Translations under genes and position numbers: made by a program
Assembly (NCBI RefSeq): GCF_009834535.1
Contig: NC_045697.1
Location: 19,656,001 to 19,720,000, forward strand
Length of the DNA stretch: 64,000 nucleotides
Direction of reading: 5' to 3'
Origin: Camelus ferus
Lineage: Eukaryota
Notes under the pieces: generated by a model
Databases searched by the model: none
Told to the model about the DNA's origin: nothing
Seen by the model: only the letters and a program-made list of their open reading frames with translations
In this document: positions 1-14,059 of the stretch, piece by piece
How positions within the stretch are numbered: position 1 is the stretch's first letter
How the letters are laid out: each line of letters begins with the position of its first letter

Positions 1-1245
1 ATAAAGAAGTAAAAGGCATACAGAATATAAAAGAAGAAATGAAATGAGTTTTATTCACTGATGGCATGATTTCTGAATAGGAAGTCCCAAAGAATGTATA
101 AATAAACTGCAGAACTTGTAAGTGGTTTTATCATAGTCTCAGGATATAAGGTCAACATATAGAAATCCATTGTGTTTCTGTAAACTACTGGAAATGAAGA
201 AGTAGAAATTAAAATTATAAAATCAGTGCCAATTACAACAGCATTAAAACCATGAAGTACTTAGGGATACATTGAACACAATACATGGTAATAACTGCAT
301 GCTAAAAACTGGAAAATATTGTTGGTAAAAATCAAAGGAGACACAAAAGTTGAATAGGTATAACATGCTCATGTTTCGAAAGACTGTTATGATACTGATC
401 CTTCTAAAATATATCTACTTATTAAATAGAATGTCAATCGAAATTCCAGCAGGCTTTTTAAAAATAGAAATTGACAAGCTTATTTTACAATTTATATATT
501 AGTGCGAAATACTTAAAACAACTAAATTTTGAAAAATAAACACAATTGGAAGACACACTACTTGATTTTCAAGGCTTAGAAAGGTACAATAATTAAAATA
601 ATGTATTATTGGAAAAAGGACAGATAATGTAGGTCAGTGTAACAAATAGAATAGATTCCAGACATAGAATCATACATATATGGTTAGTTAATTGATTTTT
701 GACCAAGTTGTCAAGATAATTCAATAGTAAAAAGATCTTCAACAAATGAACAATTGGACATCCATTTGTAAAACATGAACTTTGACCCATCAAAAATAAG
801 CTCAAAATGAACCACAGATTTAAATGTAAAACCTAAAACTATAAAAACTATAAAACTTTTAAAAAAGTGTAGGAGGAAGACTTTTGTGACTAAGCAAGAG
901 TTTACACATAAAATTTTAAGCTTTACTAAAAACAGCTATAAAAAAATATTAGAACTTCATGAAAATTAAGAACTTCCATTCATTGGACAATAATGCAAAG
1001 ATTATAAACAAACCACTGATACAGATACTTATTTTTGCAAAACAAACACATATTGGATCAAATACTTTTGTCCAGAATACATAAGAAATTCTTATAAATC
1101 AGTAACAGAACAAAAACATCAATACAAACTAGATTTGAATACACAGTTCACTAGAAAATATATATGGGTAGCATGCAGGCACTTGCAAATATGCTCAAGA
1201 ATGGTATCCATCGGGGAACTGGAAATTAAAACCAGCCTGATGTTA
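1..1245 (+). mobile_element. Old LINE-1 (L1M-type) ORF2 3' region, decayed
   Basis: A-rich sense strand with L1 ORF2 motifs (CAGGATATAAGGTCAACATATAGAAATC, TAGAAATTGACAAGCT, CTTCAACAAATG, GATTTAAATGTAAAACCTAAAACTATAAAA); many stops; runs off the window start. Confidence 0.9.
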
Positions 1246-1250
1246 GTGTC

Positions 1251-1658
1251 TGTTACGGGCTGAGTTGTGCCTTCTTCATAATTCATGTGTTAAAAGCTAT
1301 AACCTCTAATACTCAAAATGTGATTGTATTTGGAGCTAGGGCCTTTAAAGAGCTGATTAAGTTAAAATAAAGTTAAAATGAGGCTGTTAGATTGGGTCCT
1401 AATATAATCTTACAGGTGTCCTTATAAGAAGAGGACATTTGGACATGCAAAGAGACACCTGGGGTGTGCATGCTGCAGAGGAGGTCACAACAAGAAGGCA
1501 GCCATCTGTAAGCCAAGGAGAGAGGCCTCATAAGAAAACAAACCTGCTGATACTTTAATCTTGGACTCTCAGCCTTCAGAACTACGAGAAGATACATTTC
1601 TGTTGTTTAAGCCAACCAGACTCACATTTTGTTATGGCAGCTCTAGGAAACTAACACA
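1251..1658 (+). mobile_element. MaLR solo LTR, MLT1B-like, inserted in the old L1
   Basis: Begins TGTTACGGGCTGAGTTGTG, contains GTATTTGGAGCTAGGGCCTTTAAAGAG and CTTGGACTCTCAGCCTTCAGAACT, ends GAAACTAACACA; TSD GTGTC/GTGTA (4/5). Confidence 0.9.
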
Positions 1659-1663
1659 GTGTA

Positions 1664-2283
1664 CATCTATTAGAATAGCTAATGTTAGAAAAATGACAAA
1701 GCCAAGCTTCTACAAGGATGTAGAGCAAACTGGGACCCACATACATTGTTGATGAGAAAACAAGATGGTACAATCAACTTGGAAACCAGTTTGTCAGTTT
1801 CTTATTAAGTGTGCAATTTATGACTCAACAATCCCATTTCTAGGTATTTATTCAATAGAAATAAAAATACATGACTGCACAAACACCTATACCTTAATTT
1901 TTATTGCAACTTTATTTATAATGGTCCAAAACCAGAAATAATTTAAATGTCTACTGATGAAGAGATAAAATTGTGCTGTATCCGTACAATGGAGTATGAT
2001 TGAGCAATCAAAAGATACGAACTACTGATACATGCAATAACATGGACAAATCTTAAAAGTATTATTTCAAGTAAAAGAAGCCTGACAGGAAAGACTATAT
2101 ACTGCATGATTTTGTTTGTAAAACATTCTTGAAAAGCAGCAGTAAAGTTAGAAATAGAATAGGTGTTTTCAGTTGCTTGGGTTGGGTTGAGGATATTGAC
2201 TACAAAGGAGTACAAGGGAAATTTTGCATATGTGGCGAAAACATCCTGTATTTTGATTGTGGTGGTGATTAAAACTGAATACA
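1664..2283 (+). mobile_element. Continuation of the old LINE-1 (ORF2 end / 3' UTR)
   Basis: CAAGGATGTAGAGCAAACTGG, ACTTGGAAACCAGTTTG, ATGACTCAACAATCCCATTTCTAGGTATTTA. Confidence 0.85.
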
Positions 2284-2922
2284 CAGTTGCCATATGATCC
2301 AACAATCTCACTCCTGGGCCTATATCTGGAGAAAACTGTAATTCAAAAAGATACATGCACTTCAGTGTTCATAGCAGCACTATTTACAATAGGCAAGACA
2401 TGGAAGCAACTTAAATGTCCATCGACAGATGACTGGATAAAGATGATGTGGTATGTATATACAATGGAATATTACTCATCCATAAAAAAGTGAAATAATG
2501 CCATTTGCAGCAACATGGATGGACCTAGAGATTATCACACTAAGTAAAGTAAGTCAAAGACAAATATCATATATCACTTATATATAGAATCTAAAAGATG
2601 GTACAAATGAACTTATTTACAAAACAGAAACAGACTCACAGGCATAGAAAACAAATTTTACCAAAGAAGTTACCAAAGGGGAAAGGGAGAGGGGACGGAT
2701 AAATTAGAAATCTGGGATTAGCAGATAGAAACTACTGTATATAAAATAGGTAACAAGGACCCACTGTATAGCACAGGGAGCTATATTCAACATCTTGTAA
2801 TAAACCATAAGGGAAAAGAATATGAAAAAGAATATATGTATATATATCTCAATCACTTTGCTGTGCACCAGAAACTAACACAATATTGTAAATCAACTAT
2901 ACTTCAAAAAATTTTTTAAATA
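2284..2922 (+). mobile_element. Younger cetartiodactyl-type LINE-1 3' end (ORF2 C-terminus + 3' UTR) nested in the old L1
   Basis: ORF 2287-2493 PYDPTISLLGLYLEKTVIQKDTCTSVFIAALFTIGKTWKQLKCPSTDDWIK matches the L1 ORF2p C-terminus; 3' UTR ends AAATCAACTATACTTCAAAAAA. Confidence 0.92.
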
Positions 2923-2924
2923 AA

Positions 2925-3028
2925 CGCTGTACATACTTTTTAACACTCCTAAAACTGTTCATCTGAAAAAGAGTAATTTTGGCTGTATATAAATTATACC
3001 TCAATCAACTTGATATTTTAAAAAAAGG
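2925..3028 (+). mobile_element. 3' tail of the old LINE-1 resuming after the nested L1
   Basis: GTATATAAATTATACCTCAAT followed by an A-tail. Confidence 0.75.
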
Positions 3029-3487
3029 CAAAATATAGAGAATAAAATGAGCCAAAGGCCAACCATGAACTTTGACACATTGAATAAAGCAATGGCTTAA
3101 CAAGAACCAATGCAATGATAGTATTAAAAAATGGTTGTGTACTTACCAACATTCAAGTAATATATATTACATAATATAAATTATATAATATATAATTATA
3201 TTACATAAATAATTTAACCTAAGCCTTCATTAAGAACCTCATAGAATATAGAAAAATGTGAGTTAATTAGAGCCCTTGCCTTATAACCATCTATTGATGG
3301 AAGTATTCATGACTACAAATAACTACATCAACAGATGCCATGTTTGGATTATTCTTTGAGTGCAGTAAGTCGCCAAGGATAGAGTAATTAGTTCTGATTG
3401 AAGATACTGAGGAGGGCTTCAATGCAGAGGTGACATTTGAGTTAAACTCTGCAGTTTACCATTGTTTACCAATCTTTTGATAGCTGT

Positions 3488-3534
3488 AAAAAAAAAAAAT
3501 ATATATATATATATTTTTGTTGTTGTTGTTGTTG
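3488..3534. repeat. Compound microsatellite poly-A / (TA)n / (TTG)n
   Basis: Directly visible. Confidence 0.95.
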
Positions 3535-3959
3535 TATGATGCAGAATCCCAAAATATCTCCATATGGTTTCATACATATATAAGGTGTTTAGAGATGATA
3601 AGTGCATTTGCAGTACACTTGTGGGTATCATTAAACCCTGTCTTTTCTAAAGGTCATATTGTTCCTATAGTAACAAGTGCATTTCAAAGTGAACATCAAC
3701 ACTGGATTCACTCAACTAGTGCTGCAAAGACTCTGGGTTGACACATTAGCAGCAATAGATTCTGCTAAAAAGATGTTAATCTGTATTTTTTTCCTGAGCC
3801 TCTATCTATCCATCTATTGTTTTATATAAGAACATATTCAACAGAAGTTACCCCAACTACATTGTTACATAGATTAATGAGCATGAAAAGCATACTTGTT
3901 TCCTAATGTATTAGGCAGGCACAGTGGTTTTTTCATTCATGTTATCTGCACTCCATTAT

Positions 3960-4140
3960 TTCACTTATTAATTAATTTAATACATAGTTAGAGCCTACCA
4001 CGTACTAGGGGTGTATGTGTGTGTGTATATTCATATATATCCTTACAATTGCCTTTTGAGGTAGGTATTATGAATTATATTTTATAGATGAAAAAACAGA
4101 CTCAGGTAGCTTACATCATTACTGTGATTCCATCAGTAGA
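3960..4140 (-). mobile_element. MIR SINE fragment
   Basis: TTTATAGATGAAAAAACAGACTCAGG resembles the antisense MIR core. Confidence 0.6.
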
Positions 4141-5719
4141 GAAGTTCTTTTGATCAAAGATGCAGTATATGTTTCTCTCATATTGGCAATTGCTCCACTG
4201 GAGTGTGATTTCTGACACTTGAAGATTTGTCTTGTTTTTAGCTAGACACAAATCTATTTTGGCTAGGGTCTCAAGGTTCAGTATGAGCACCTGCTATAAA
4301 TACAGTTACCATGAAATTGGGAGAAGCATTTGACCATTAAGCTGCAATTAGCTTTTCAATGTGAGAAAAAGTTTGGGGAAAAATTCTGTCCTGAACTTGT
4401 TAGTTATTAAAAGAAGTGTTCTCCAGGGATCAATGCTAGGGCTCTGCCGACTTAACTGTCTTTCAATATAAAAGTTCTGGAAGAAAGGGCCCTTAATGAG
4501 ATGATCAAGTTTGCAGCTGAAAGTATCGCCTCCTGGGTTGAGAAGTGCCAAGCTAATGGGAATAAACTTCAGCAGTTCCTCACGAGGCTGTGTGAATGCT
4601 CAGAGCTGGGGTAGATGAACTTGAGAGCAGGGAAGCATAAAGTTTTACTTTTAGTCAAAAAAACTTCAGACCAAACAGATGAAATTAAGACCTCTGAGTG
4701 GTAGATATGAGCCAGGAAAAGATCTTTTTATTTGCTATTGGCCCTGGATATTTTCTCTGAATAAAAGAATAACCCTCTTGAGTATCCTTAGGGAAAAAAA
4801 AAGAAAATGAAAAGAAAATGAACTTGCTTTTTGCTCTTGACTTCTGCATGCGTTTTGGGTTTTGCAATTCAAGAAAGGGAGCCTTGCTGAAGGCATCTGA
4901 AATAATCAAGGATTTAGAATGATTTGTTTACTATAGGAGTAGTTAAATTTAACGTAGGTTGTAGGGGCACTATTTTAGTCTAATAATAAAGAAGTGTGAA
5001 AGTACCATCATCCTAGTAAAATTTAGCTCCTTAATTTTGAATTAAAGCCAGATTTTTTAACTTGTGAATTTTATGTTTAAGAAAAATTTGGAAGGAAACA
5101 GATAACTTACTCCGAGCATCTTCTATCAGCAAAAGAACCCTTGCAGTGGGAAAAGGGTATTCATCCCACCTAGACCTTTCTCCTTGTTCTCACTTAACTC
5201 TTTCAAAACTCCATAGGGATGCAGAGATTTTTATTCTCTTTTGGGAGTTTATGATATTAACTTCCAAAGAGGTTAGTTGGATTTCTACTCATCAAATAAG
5301 TAGCCAGGAATATAGCAAAGATTTAGCCTCCCTTCTCCTGTTTCCAAATCCAGCATTTGTACTTCTGCACCCTGGATGCTGTATTAAGTACAGAGAAAAT
5401 GGGGGAATTTCCAAAGCAAAGCTTATTCATTCAGCAGTCACACCTGGACTTGCAACGAAAACTATGGGTTATTTAGATAAGAGAAAGGGACAGAGTCTCA
5501 CATAGTTTTAATCCATACTTTTATCACTGTGTTGATGAGAAAAGCTTTCTAATTCAAAGATAAATATCCTTTAAATATTATTAGACAATGTATATACCTA
5601 ATTAAATAGTACTACTTATAATATTTACTAATCTATAAAATGCTTCAAATGGATTATTTTTTTAAATGTTCACAGTAATCCTACAAAGGAAATATTTTTA
5701 TTAACCAAACAGCCAGCAT

Positions 5720-5960
5720 AATTTTTGACTGTCACAGCTTTCTTTCTAATATCTCTCAGTCTTTATTCTTTTTGCACCCCCAATACTAATATGCTGTTTA
5801 AGGCTTATCTCTGAACTGCTTTCCTATACATACAGCACAGCTCCTGCCTGCAGTCATGCCCCATCCAACCTTCCTCCACATTCTGTTCAGTCAATTTTCT
5901 AAAATGCAGCTCCACACTTCCTAGAATACCCACTACCAATGCTATTAAGCAGTATTCTTT
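5720..5960 (+). mobile_element. L2 LINE fragment
   Basis: Pyrimidine-rich CAGCTCCTGCCTGCAGTC...TTTTCTAAAATGCAGCT resembles the L2 3' region. Confidence 0.45.
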
Positions 5961-6519
5961 ATTGTGGACTCTCCTGCTTTGCTCATTTGTGTGTTAATGG
6001 ATATATATATATATTCACTGACTCAGGTACTAATGTCAATGGATATGTGTAGACGCAGGTAAATTTAGATGGGATTGAGTGTGTGCGCACACACACATGT
6101 GAGTTTACACAGGCACACATGCGACTTGGAGTGGAGGAAGGACTGTAAAGTTTTCTGCCTGGTGAACAGGCTAAATAAAATATAAACATAGAAGATGATT
6201 GGACATTTCATTTCAGCAATCCCATGATCAGTATGGTCTTTACAAGCAGCAGTTCAAATTGGAAAAAAAAGTTGCCTCAAACATTTGAATTATTTCACTA
6301 TTTGTTTTCAGTGTGTGGTTGATCCATAGTTCTGTTAACTAGTATGCATGTATGTGTGTGTAGTGCAAGATAGAAACCAGAAATTTTATTTTGTCTATCT
6401 ACGTTTATGTTCTTCATCAACAAATTGTTTTCCAAGGATTTAGCCCATGATGGTGAAACTTCTGGATTTATTTTTAGTCATTATTTTTTCCAGAACATGT
6501 AGTACATCTCCAAATCATT

Positions 6520-7336
6520 TTGTCAATTATATTTTTCCTTTTTATTCTTTTGAAATATAATTTTCTTTTTCACATCATGTATGTACTTTCAAAAGTCAAA
6601 TAATTTTACAAAGTTGCTAATGAAATAAAATTGTTAGTTTTCACTTATTCTCAAGCCTAATTTGTTTTTCTCAGGCAACCCTACTTTTGGTTTTAATTTT
6701 TAGTATTTTCCTCCATATCTCTAATATTTCTTTATATTTATTATATTTCTTTAAAACATATTATTTATTGCTCTCTTAATGAAGAACCTTTATCACTTAT
6801 AATGCACCTCATACCTGTGCAAGTGCGCACGCACACATCTCATATGCAAATCCAACCATCCTCCTAATTTTATTACATCATAATTTTTGTTAAGTCAATC
6901 TTCAGAATCTACATCATTATGGGTATCTAATATTATTCATTGCTGAGGCATGTAATTTTGTTTCTCTTCAGTTAATCATTTTTATTTGTTTAATTAAAAA
7001 ATAATTTTCTTTTTTAAAGTCATAACCAAACTTTATAGATAAAATTTTACCCTCAATTTGTTGAACTACTTTGAGGGATCTGTCAGTGTTATCCTCCTTA
7101 ACATGACCCTCTATTATCTTGCTTAACATGGACTTGTTTTACCTTAGACTTAATTTGTAATTTTCATATTCTTACACTTACCATGACTGTGGAGATTTTC
7201 TTTGCCTATCCTCTGTGATAAATCATTTACTTCCTGGATCCAGATTCTTCCTCTTTCTTGATAAAGTTTCCTGTTTAGGTGGAGCACTTCTTTTGGGAAG
7301 TTCCTGAGAAAGAAAGTGTGATGTGAACTTTTAAGA
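6520..7336 (-). mobile_element. Very old LINE-1 fragment (antisense)
   Basis: T-rich strand with degenerate L1M motifs; resumes after the LTR at ~7970-8400. Confidence 0.5.
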
Positions 7337-7341
7337 CCATG

Positions 7342-7966
7342 TGCGATGGGGCTGGGGGAGGATACTGCCCCTCCCTGTGGTTTTTGGTGATTCACTAAAG
7401 GGGCTCATAGGATCCAGAGGCAGCTATGTTTGCAGTTATGGTTTATTCCCCTGAAAGGGTACACAGCAGTCTCGGTGAGGGGCAGGAAGACAAGGCATCA
7501 GGTAACGCCCTGAAGGGGTCCAAGAGCAGACTTCACAGTTCTCCCTCACAGAATGACGGGAAGGGAGGTCTCGCACTAAATATGCTTCTTCCTCCAGCAC
7601 AGAAATGTGCAACACGCATCCAGTGTTTCTGCCTAAGGAAACCTGCTTAAAATTTTGAGTCCAGAGATTTAATTGAAGGCTGGTCATGTTGGCAGTCTTT
7701 GCTTGAGCAGTCAGTCACTATTACCAAAATTCTAGGTTTGAAGATGTAAAGTGGTTGCACACCATAAATCACATTTGTTTGCACAAACAATATAGAAGAC
7801 TAGTATAACAGAATTCTGTGACCCAGTCACACAAAGCAACCGGTCAGCATGGAGTAGGGAATGTTCCACAGGCCAAGTCCTTAGGAACCTCCCTGAGGGT
7901 CAGCCTCAAGCAGGGCCTGCTGGAGATGACAATATCAGGCCGGCGATATTAACTCTTTCCTGCAGA
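7342..7966 (-). mobile_element. ERVL-class solo LTR, MER77/MER68/MER21-like
   Basis: Right end TCAGGCCGGCGATATTAACTCTTTCCTGCAGA is the reverse complement of the recalled MER77/MER21 start; internal GTGTTTCTGCCTAAGGAAACC and CACCATAAATCACATT; TSD CCATG/ACATG. Confidence 0.75.
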
Positions 7967-9739
7967 ACATGAATACATGCCCAACAACATCCTTTTTCCA
8001 CTTCCGTACTTTACAGACATATTGTCTGGGCACTCAAAGTACTAGATATTTATTTCCTTGTGGAACTTGGAAGGCATGTGTCTGTTCTAGCGTTGCAGTT
8101 GAGAAACCTTGTGCCACCCTTACTCCTAACGCTTTGTGTGTTACCTGCTTTATTTGTTTGTTTATTTTTCCTGTCTGGAAAGCTTTAGGTTATTCTCTGT
8201 AACCTCCATATTCTAAAATTCCAGAAGATATGGCTTTGTTTTGAGAATTTTAAAGATTATTTTTGCTAGACAACTAGTAGCTTCAAACTGAAAGTTGTGT
8301 CCTTTAATTTTGGGAAATAGTTTGTGTTGATTTAAGAAATGTTTTCCCCTCTATTTTTTCTCTTTTCTCATTCAGAAATCCTGTGATTCAGATCTTGTAC
8401 TTTTAGGGTTGGTTATGGCATAAATATACGGAAAATTCAAACAATATAAATAAAAACTTGATCTCAATTTGTCTTGAGAAATGTAGAAAAATAATAACAT
8501 TAAACTGAGAAAATATAAAAGGAAAAAATTATTTTTTAGCATTAGATATAAAAAATAGCAAGGATGAAATAAAGAATATGAGCAAAAACAAAACTGTCTT
8601 TAAGGATAGCTTAAATAGACAAACCTTTATCAAGAATGATCAAGAAAATTATATGGCATGAGTAACATTTGAAATTAAAAGTTATGATAACTACAGACAT
8701 GTTAGGGATTTCAAATATAGGAAGAATATAGTACAGACTATTATACATATGTTCTTAGAGAAGTTAAGTAGTGTAAATTCAAACCCCAAATCCGCTTAAG
8801 GTACATAGCTGTAGCTATAAACTCAGAGGACAATTCTTGTTCACTCAGAGTCCCCACAAAAAGAGATATGCTTCTTCCTTACCTTTACGGCATGTACCTT
8901 GTTCCAAATTCCAAATTATGTCCCTTGTTGATAGAGAATGTGTTTCTCTGTATTCCTCCCATCTTTCACCAGGAATTAAGCCCTTCAAACATGCCAGTTT
9001 CTGCAAGTAGTTCTGTTCTGTTTTCCCATTGCACACAGGCACAAGACTATTCTTCAGCTATACATTTTAAACTTTTGGCTTTTAGATGGCAAAAACCAAC
9101 ACCTGATCCCTTCCCCTCCCAGGCCAGGTTAACTGTAGAATCAGCTAAAATCATACCTGATTATACCTGGTTTTAGTTTGCTTTTTGTTTCTAACCCCAA
9201 GAAATTTCCCCATCCTTTCTAAGGCTAGTTAGGCTTAACATTTTAAAAGATATTTGTTATATTTCATCATAAATTTTGATCTGTTTGACCAAGATGATTT
9301 TCAGGTAATTTAATCTCTCATATAGACAGAACTCAATATGTCTCCAGTTTTCTCCACATCTGCAAATCTTGTATTTTAGGCATTATTTTCTCTATTTGAA
9401 AATAACTAATTTAGACAATGTCCTATTTTGTGTCTCAAATATTTAACATATTTTAGGTATTTAATAAATACTTACGGAAAATAATTGAAACAACCAGTGA
9501 TATGCTACTTTTCTTCTGGGACATATTTAGACTTATAGTAAAATGGATTTGTTAGCAAAAGCATGCAGAATGAGCACACAAAGTGTGGTCACTGAATAAT
9601 GTGCAGTTTACATGATAGAATCTCCATTAATGAAATCACCTGTAAATTAGAGTAACAATATGGAGTATTTTCTTTTTTTAGTTATTTTTATGTACTTTGG
9701 GACTTTATAAATTAATTATATCTTTTAAAAATGTTCAAC

Positions 9740-12030
9740 CTTTAAGAAAAATGCAAATTCTAAAATACACAATCAGTCCCTGAAGATGTATTATAAACAG
9801 GCTCTAAGTAGCTATCATGCAAGGTGGATAGTAACTTTAAATAATGACATTTTATTGCATACAATAAAATCTCCCTGTCTTGAACATAAAATTTACCAAA
9901 AAGGTATTTCTACTGGTGTAATTGTAAATACTAAGAGCATGAATAAAACTATGAGAGACAGTAATGGATTTCACTTTCTCAGTGTATTGGCAGAGGGTAT
10001 TTTCTTGTAGTAGGCAATTCACATCCAATATTTGATACAAAAAAGCAACCATTGTGAAGAATGGGGAAAAATCTGGTTTCTATTAAGGACAAAGACAAAA
10101 TTAAACTCAAGCAAAAGATAGTGGCCATATGGAAGTTATAGCAAAATTTCACAGTTCTAAGGAAAATATAATGATCATATAATAGAATCATGTTAATGTT
10201 TCACATATGAAAAATAACCCAATGAGGATGGGGAAAAATGGACCACAGTTTCAATTGAATTATATAACTCTTCTGAGTGGTATGTAAGAGAATGAATCTA
10301 AGTAACTTTAAAATACAGTGTTTTGGATATATGTCCTCATGCTAAAGACAAAAAAGAACTAGAGTACAAAAACTGTACTCTAGTGAGGACACTTCCTTTT
10401 CACAGTGGTATGAGTTAGCAATCCTAAAACTATTTTATTTATATCTTATGATTGAGCAACTAGTTAAATATATTTTGAATAATGAAAGCTATGTTTTCTT
10501 TGACCATTGGAGGTTTGCACTCAATTTGAGTATGCACTAAAATTTTTAATACACAGAGAGATAGAAAAGACATATACATGTATCTGTCCTCTGAAATATC
10601 CTAGAAACTAAGTTAGCCAGTAGCAGTTAGAGTATCTAGCACCAGACCTTGGTTCTTAAATGCCATCCCCCAATAAAAAGAAGCAGGATTCCTTTGGGAA
10701 AATGATCATTTTAAGACTAGAACCGGGGAATACAAAATGTATCTTGAACATCTTGTGGTGTAAGAAGATAAGTACTCAAAGAATGATGGGAACTTGTTGA
10801 AGGACCATAGATGCTAGAGTGAAGGAACATGCACTGACCAAGTCTGAAAAAATAGTGACAAATAATAGCTGCAGGTTGAAATAAGAGTCCATAAGTCTAC
10901 ACTAACATGTGAAGGAATGAAAGAATGAGTGAGTATTTAAATGAAGGAGAAGGAAAGCTCTTATCTATGTAACTTCCAAATTTTAATATCCAAAAAGAAA
11001 ATTATAATATGACCATTTGGCCATTACCATAATAAAAAAAAATTCCAGGCAAGAATCATCAGTATAACTAGTGGGCAAAATTATGATGAGAACCAGGATA
11101 TGTACAGGTTCTCAAATTATCTGCCCAGAAGATAACCTTAATTATAAAGAAAAAGAAAAACTATACATTGGAGAAACCTAGACTGCTTAGAATCCTTTAC
11201 TTGAATTCTGTTTTTCCTTTTTAAAATTTAGAATTTGGGATAGTTCCAAAGATAAGTGTTTTCCTTCTCCCTCATTTATATATTCATTCACTCATTAACC
11301 CATTATCCAGGAGATTAAATTCTACCAGTAAAAGGGACAGATTGCCATCAAGTGCTTTCTGCTAGGATATGCTAAGAATGACACATCAGAGCTTCTGTGT
11401 TAGATGCAGAATCTGAATTTAATCATAAGGAATTACTAGACAAGCCTAAATCAAAAGATGTTTCACAAAATAACAGGTGAGTATTCTCTAAAAACTTCAA
11501 GTTCATGAAAAGTGAGGGAAGACTAAGATGTCATTCCAGATCAGAGGAGAAAAAAGAAATGACAATTAAATGAACATGTGACCCTAGATTGGATTATGAA
11601 CTAGAGTAACATATATTTTGCTACAAATGAGAGTAATGAGGTAATTGATAAGAGTTTGAACACCCATACATTAGATAATATAACTGTATTGATGTTAAAT
11701 TCCACATTTTGATACTGTGGTTATTAGTGATTTAGGGGGCAAATACATGTGTTTATGGTTAAAGAAGCATCATGTCTGTAATTTGCTCTCATGTAGTAAG
11801 TAATTATAGCTATCCATCCACCCATCCATCCATCTGCCTATCCATCTATCCACACATCGATCTAAACACACACACATATGCATGTGTATATATGAAAGGG
11901 AGGAAATGATAAAGCAATAATGACATACCATTGGCATTTGGGAAATATGCATAAAATGTATAAAATGAGTTTTTGTACAACTTCTGAAACCTTTTGCTAA
12001 GTCTGAGATTATTCGTAATAAAATTTAGAG
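9740..12030 (+). mobile_element. Old LINE-1 3' UTR fragments (L1MC-like)
   Basis: TCTAGCACCAGACCTTGGTTCTTAAATGCCATCCCCCAATAAAAAGAAGCAGG, ACAATTAAATGAACATGTGACCCTAGATTGGAT, CATCATGTCTGTAATTTGCTCTCA. Confidence 0.75.
11811..11850. repeat. (TCCA)n imperfect microsatellite
   Basis: Directly visible. Confidence 0.85.
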
Positions 12031-12039
12031 AGAAACAGG

Positions 12040-12950
12040 AAGCTTTATATGTATAAACATCAATCAAGATATAAAGTGAAAACAGCATTTACAATAGAAA
12101 TTTTAAAAGAAAATACTAAAGAATATTTAACAAGAAATACGAAATATCATTTTGTGTAAAATATTTGTATGTAAAAATATTTGAATCTATTAAAAATATT
12201 TTATGTAAAAATATTTGAATCTATTAAAAAGACATGAGTATATTTGAACACATAGACATTCCTTTAGATAGAATTACAAAATATCATAAATATATATACT
12301 CTGTAATTTATAAATTTAATGTGATAACATTAATTTTACCAACCACGTTTTTTCTAGAACTAGACAACTTTTTCTAAAGTTTATATAGAAAAATAAACAT
12401 GGAAACATAAGTAGTAAAACCTGAAAAAGAAGAAATATTAGGAATTATAACCCTACTCAGTATAACACATGAAAGTGTGTTCAACTTCATTTGTAATATC
12501 AGAAGCAGATTGAAATTTATTGAAATGCCATTTCTCACTAATCAAATCAGCAAAAGTTCAAACCCTTGGCAATACGTTTAGCTGGCAGATCTGTGCACAG
12601 ACACTCTCATATATTCTTGATAGATGTGGGAAATGATAGAAAGCCTTAGGAGGAGAATTTAGCAATATCTAAAAAAGTGCATATGCATTTAAGGTCTGAA
12701 GACACAAACTCCCCTCTAGGACTTCAACAGCATGGATATATAATTATTCTTTCAACAACATAGAACACATACACACAAACACAAATAAGGTTGTTATTGA
12801 ACTATTTTATGTAATAACAAAATATTGGAAATGACATAAATGCTCACACAATGAAGGTATGTTGAATAAAGTGTCTTCTATCTACATAGTGAAGTACTGC
12901 GCAGCTGCAAAAGCAAATGTGGTAGAATTCTATTGTGGTAGAAGGTCTAA
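12040..12950 (+). mobile_element. Old LINE-1 (L1ME-like) ORF2/3' fragments
   Basis: TTTCTAAAGTTTATATAGAAAAATAAA, GGAGAATTTAGCAATATCT, ATTGGAAATGACATAAATGCTCA. Confidence 0.7.
12168..12230. repeat. Exact 29-bp direct duplication (period 34)
   Basis: TATGTAAAAATATTTGAATCTATTAAAAA at 12168-12196 and 12202-12230. Confidence 0.95.
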
Positions 12951-12999
12951 AATTAATAATTTTGTGTTGACTTAACAGCTGGTGAAATTGAGAGGGTCT

Positions 13000-13490
13000 C
13001 AGATAGCCTGTGGAAATGTTCTGCTCCCCATTCTCCTGTGGATAATGTCCCCTAGTCAAACAACTCTCCTTATCAAGGCAAACAGTCACAGTTGCTGCCT
13101 TTCGCTTAGTGACCGGTTTCAGTTCCTTGCCAGCCCAGTACTTCAGATAAGCCATTCACATCCTTCCACAGGAACCAGTGGGCTCTTGCTTCCTGTAGCC
13201 TTGGTTTTCACTCTGTTTCCAAGGGCAGCCCCCAAGTGGTCCTGTGTGGTGTGTAGTGTTCATCTCCCCCTTTGCCCCTGGCCCCAGGCTGTGAGTACAG
13301 TAGCAACAGCAACAGCAACAAAACAAAAACAAACAAAAAACAACAACCAAGAAACCAAAACAACAAAAACAAAACCCTGCTGTCAATTTCACCTGTGTAG
13401 TGTCAGGTATCCTGTGTTTGGCCATCTCCATGCCCCTCCCCAGGAATTCCTGCTTCACCAAAAGAGTGCTGAGAAGGCGGTTAAAGCATC
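13000..13490 (+). mobile_element. Probable ERVL-type solo LTR with an internal (CAA/CAAAA)n expansion at ~13300-13376
   Basis: GC-richer ~0.5 kb island interrupting L1; GCAGCCCCCAAGTGG...GGCTGTGAGTA followed by an A-rich tract; family not identified. Confidence 0.4.
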
Positions 13491-14059
13491 TGTGTACTAA
13501 TATAGATCCTCCCCAATATATTGTCAAATAAAAATAATGAAGGTGAAAAATTGTATAGTGTCTGCCATTACTGGTTTAACACAGTGGGGGAGTGAATTTA
13601 TATGCTTTCTACATAATTTATAAAAATTTGTTCATAATTTTGGATATAAACAGAATCAAGCTTGGCCCAAGCAGAGGGACTCTATTGGGAAAGGAAGAAA
13701 CCAACAGGGCTGTTACTTTTGCATTGGTTCACTCTGCGAAGCCCTGCACATATGCAACATTTGATGAGTTCTGGTACAGCTTTTGTGAGGCTGGGAGCTG
13801 GGTCAAAGACTTCTCACATGTACTGTGAGAGGGAGGTAGACTAAAACTGATGACCCTCTCAAGACATTTGGCAGAATTTAAAGCCTCAGGGGATGGAGGT
13901 TAAAAGGTAAACTTAAAATCTCCCCCAAAATCAGAACTGAATTTCTCAGTTTTTGGAACTGAAGACAGACATCTCTGCTAGATTCTTAGTTAGTCTGGGG
14001 AGCAAGGGGCAAGAGTGGGGGGCTGAGATCTAAGGAGGCCTATACTTGAAGAAAAATGA

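Noticed and set aside
4445..4490. Short similarity GCCGACTTAAC...TTCTGGA.GAA to the minus strand at ~52825-52854
   Set aside because: Only an 11-bp exact match plus a gapped patch; expected by chance at this window size.
12982..13527. Overlapping 172-aa and 123-aa ORFs with poly-C/K/T runs
   Set aside because: They span a (CAA)n microsatellite inside a probable LTR.
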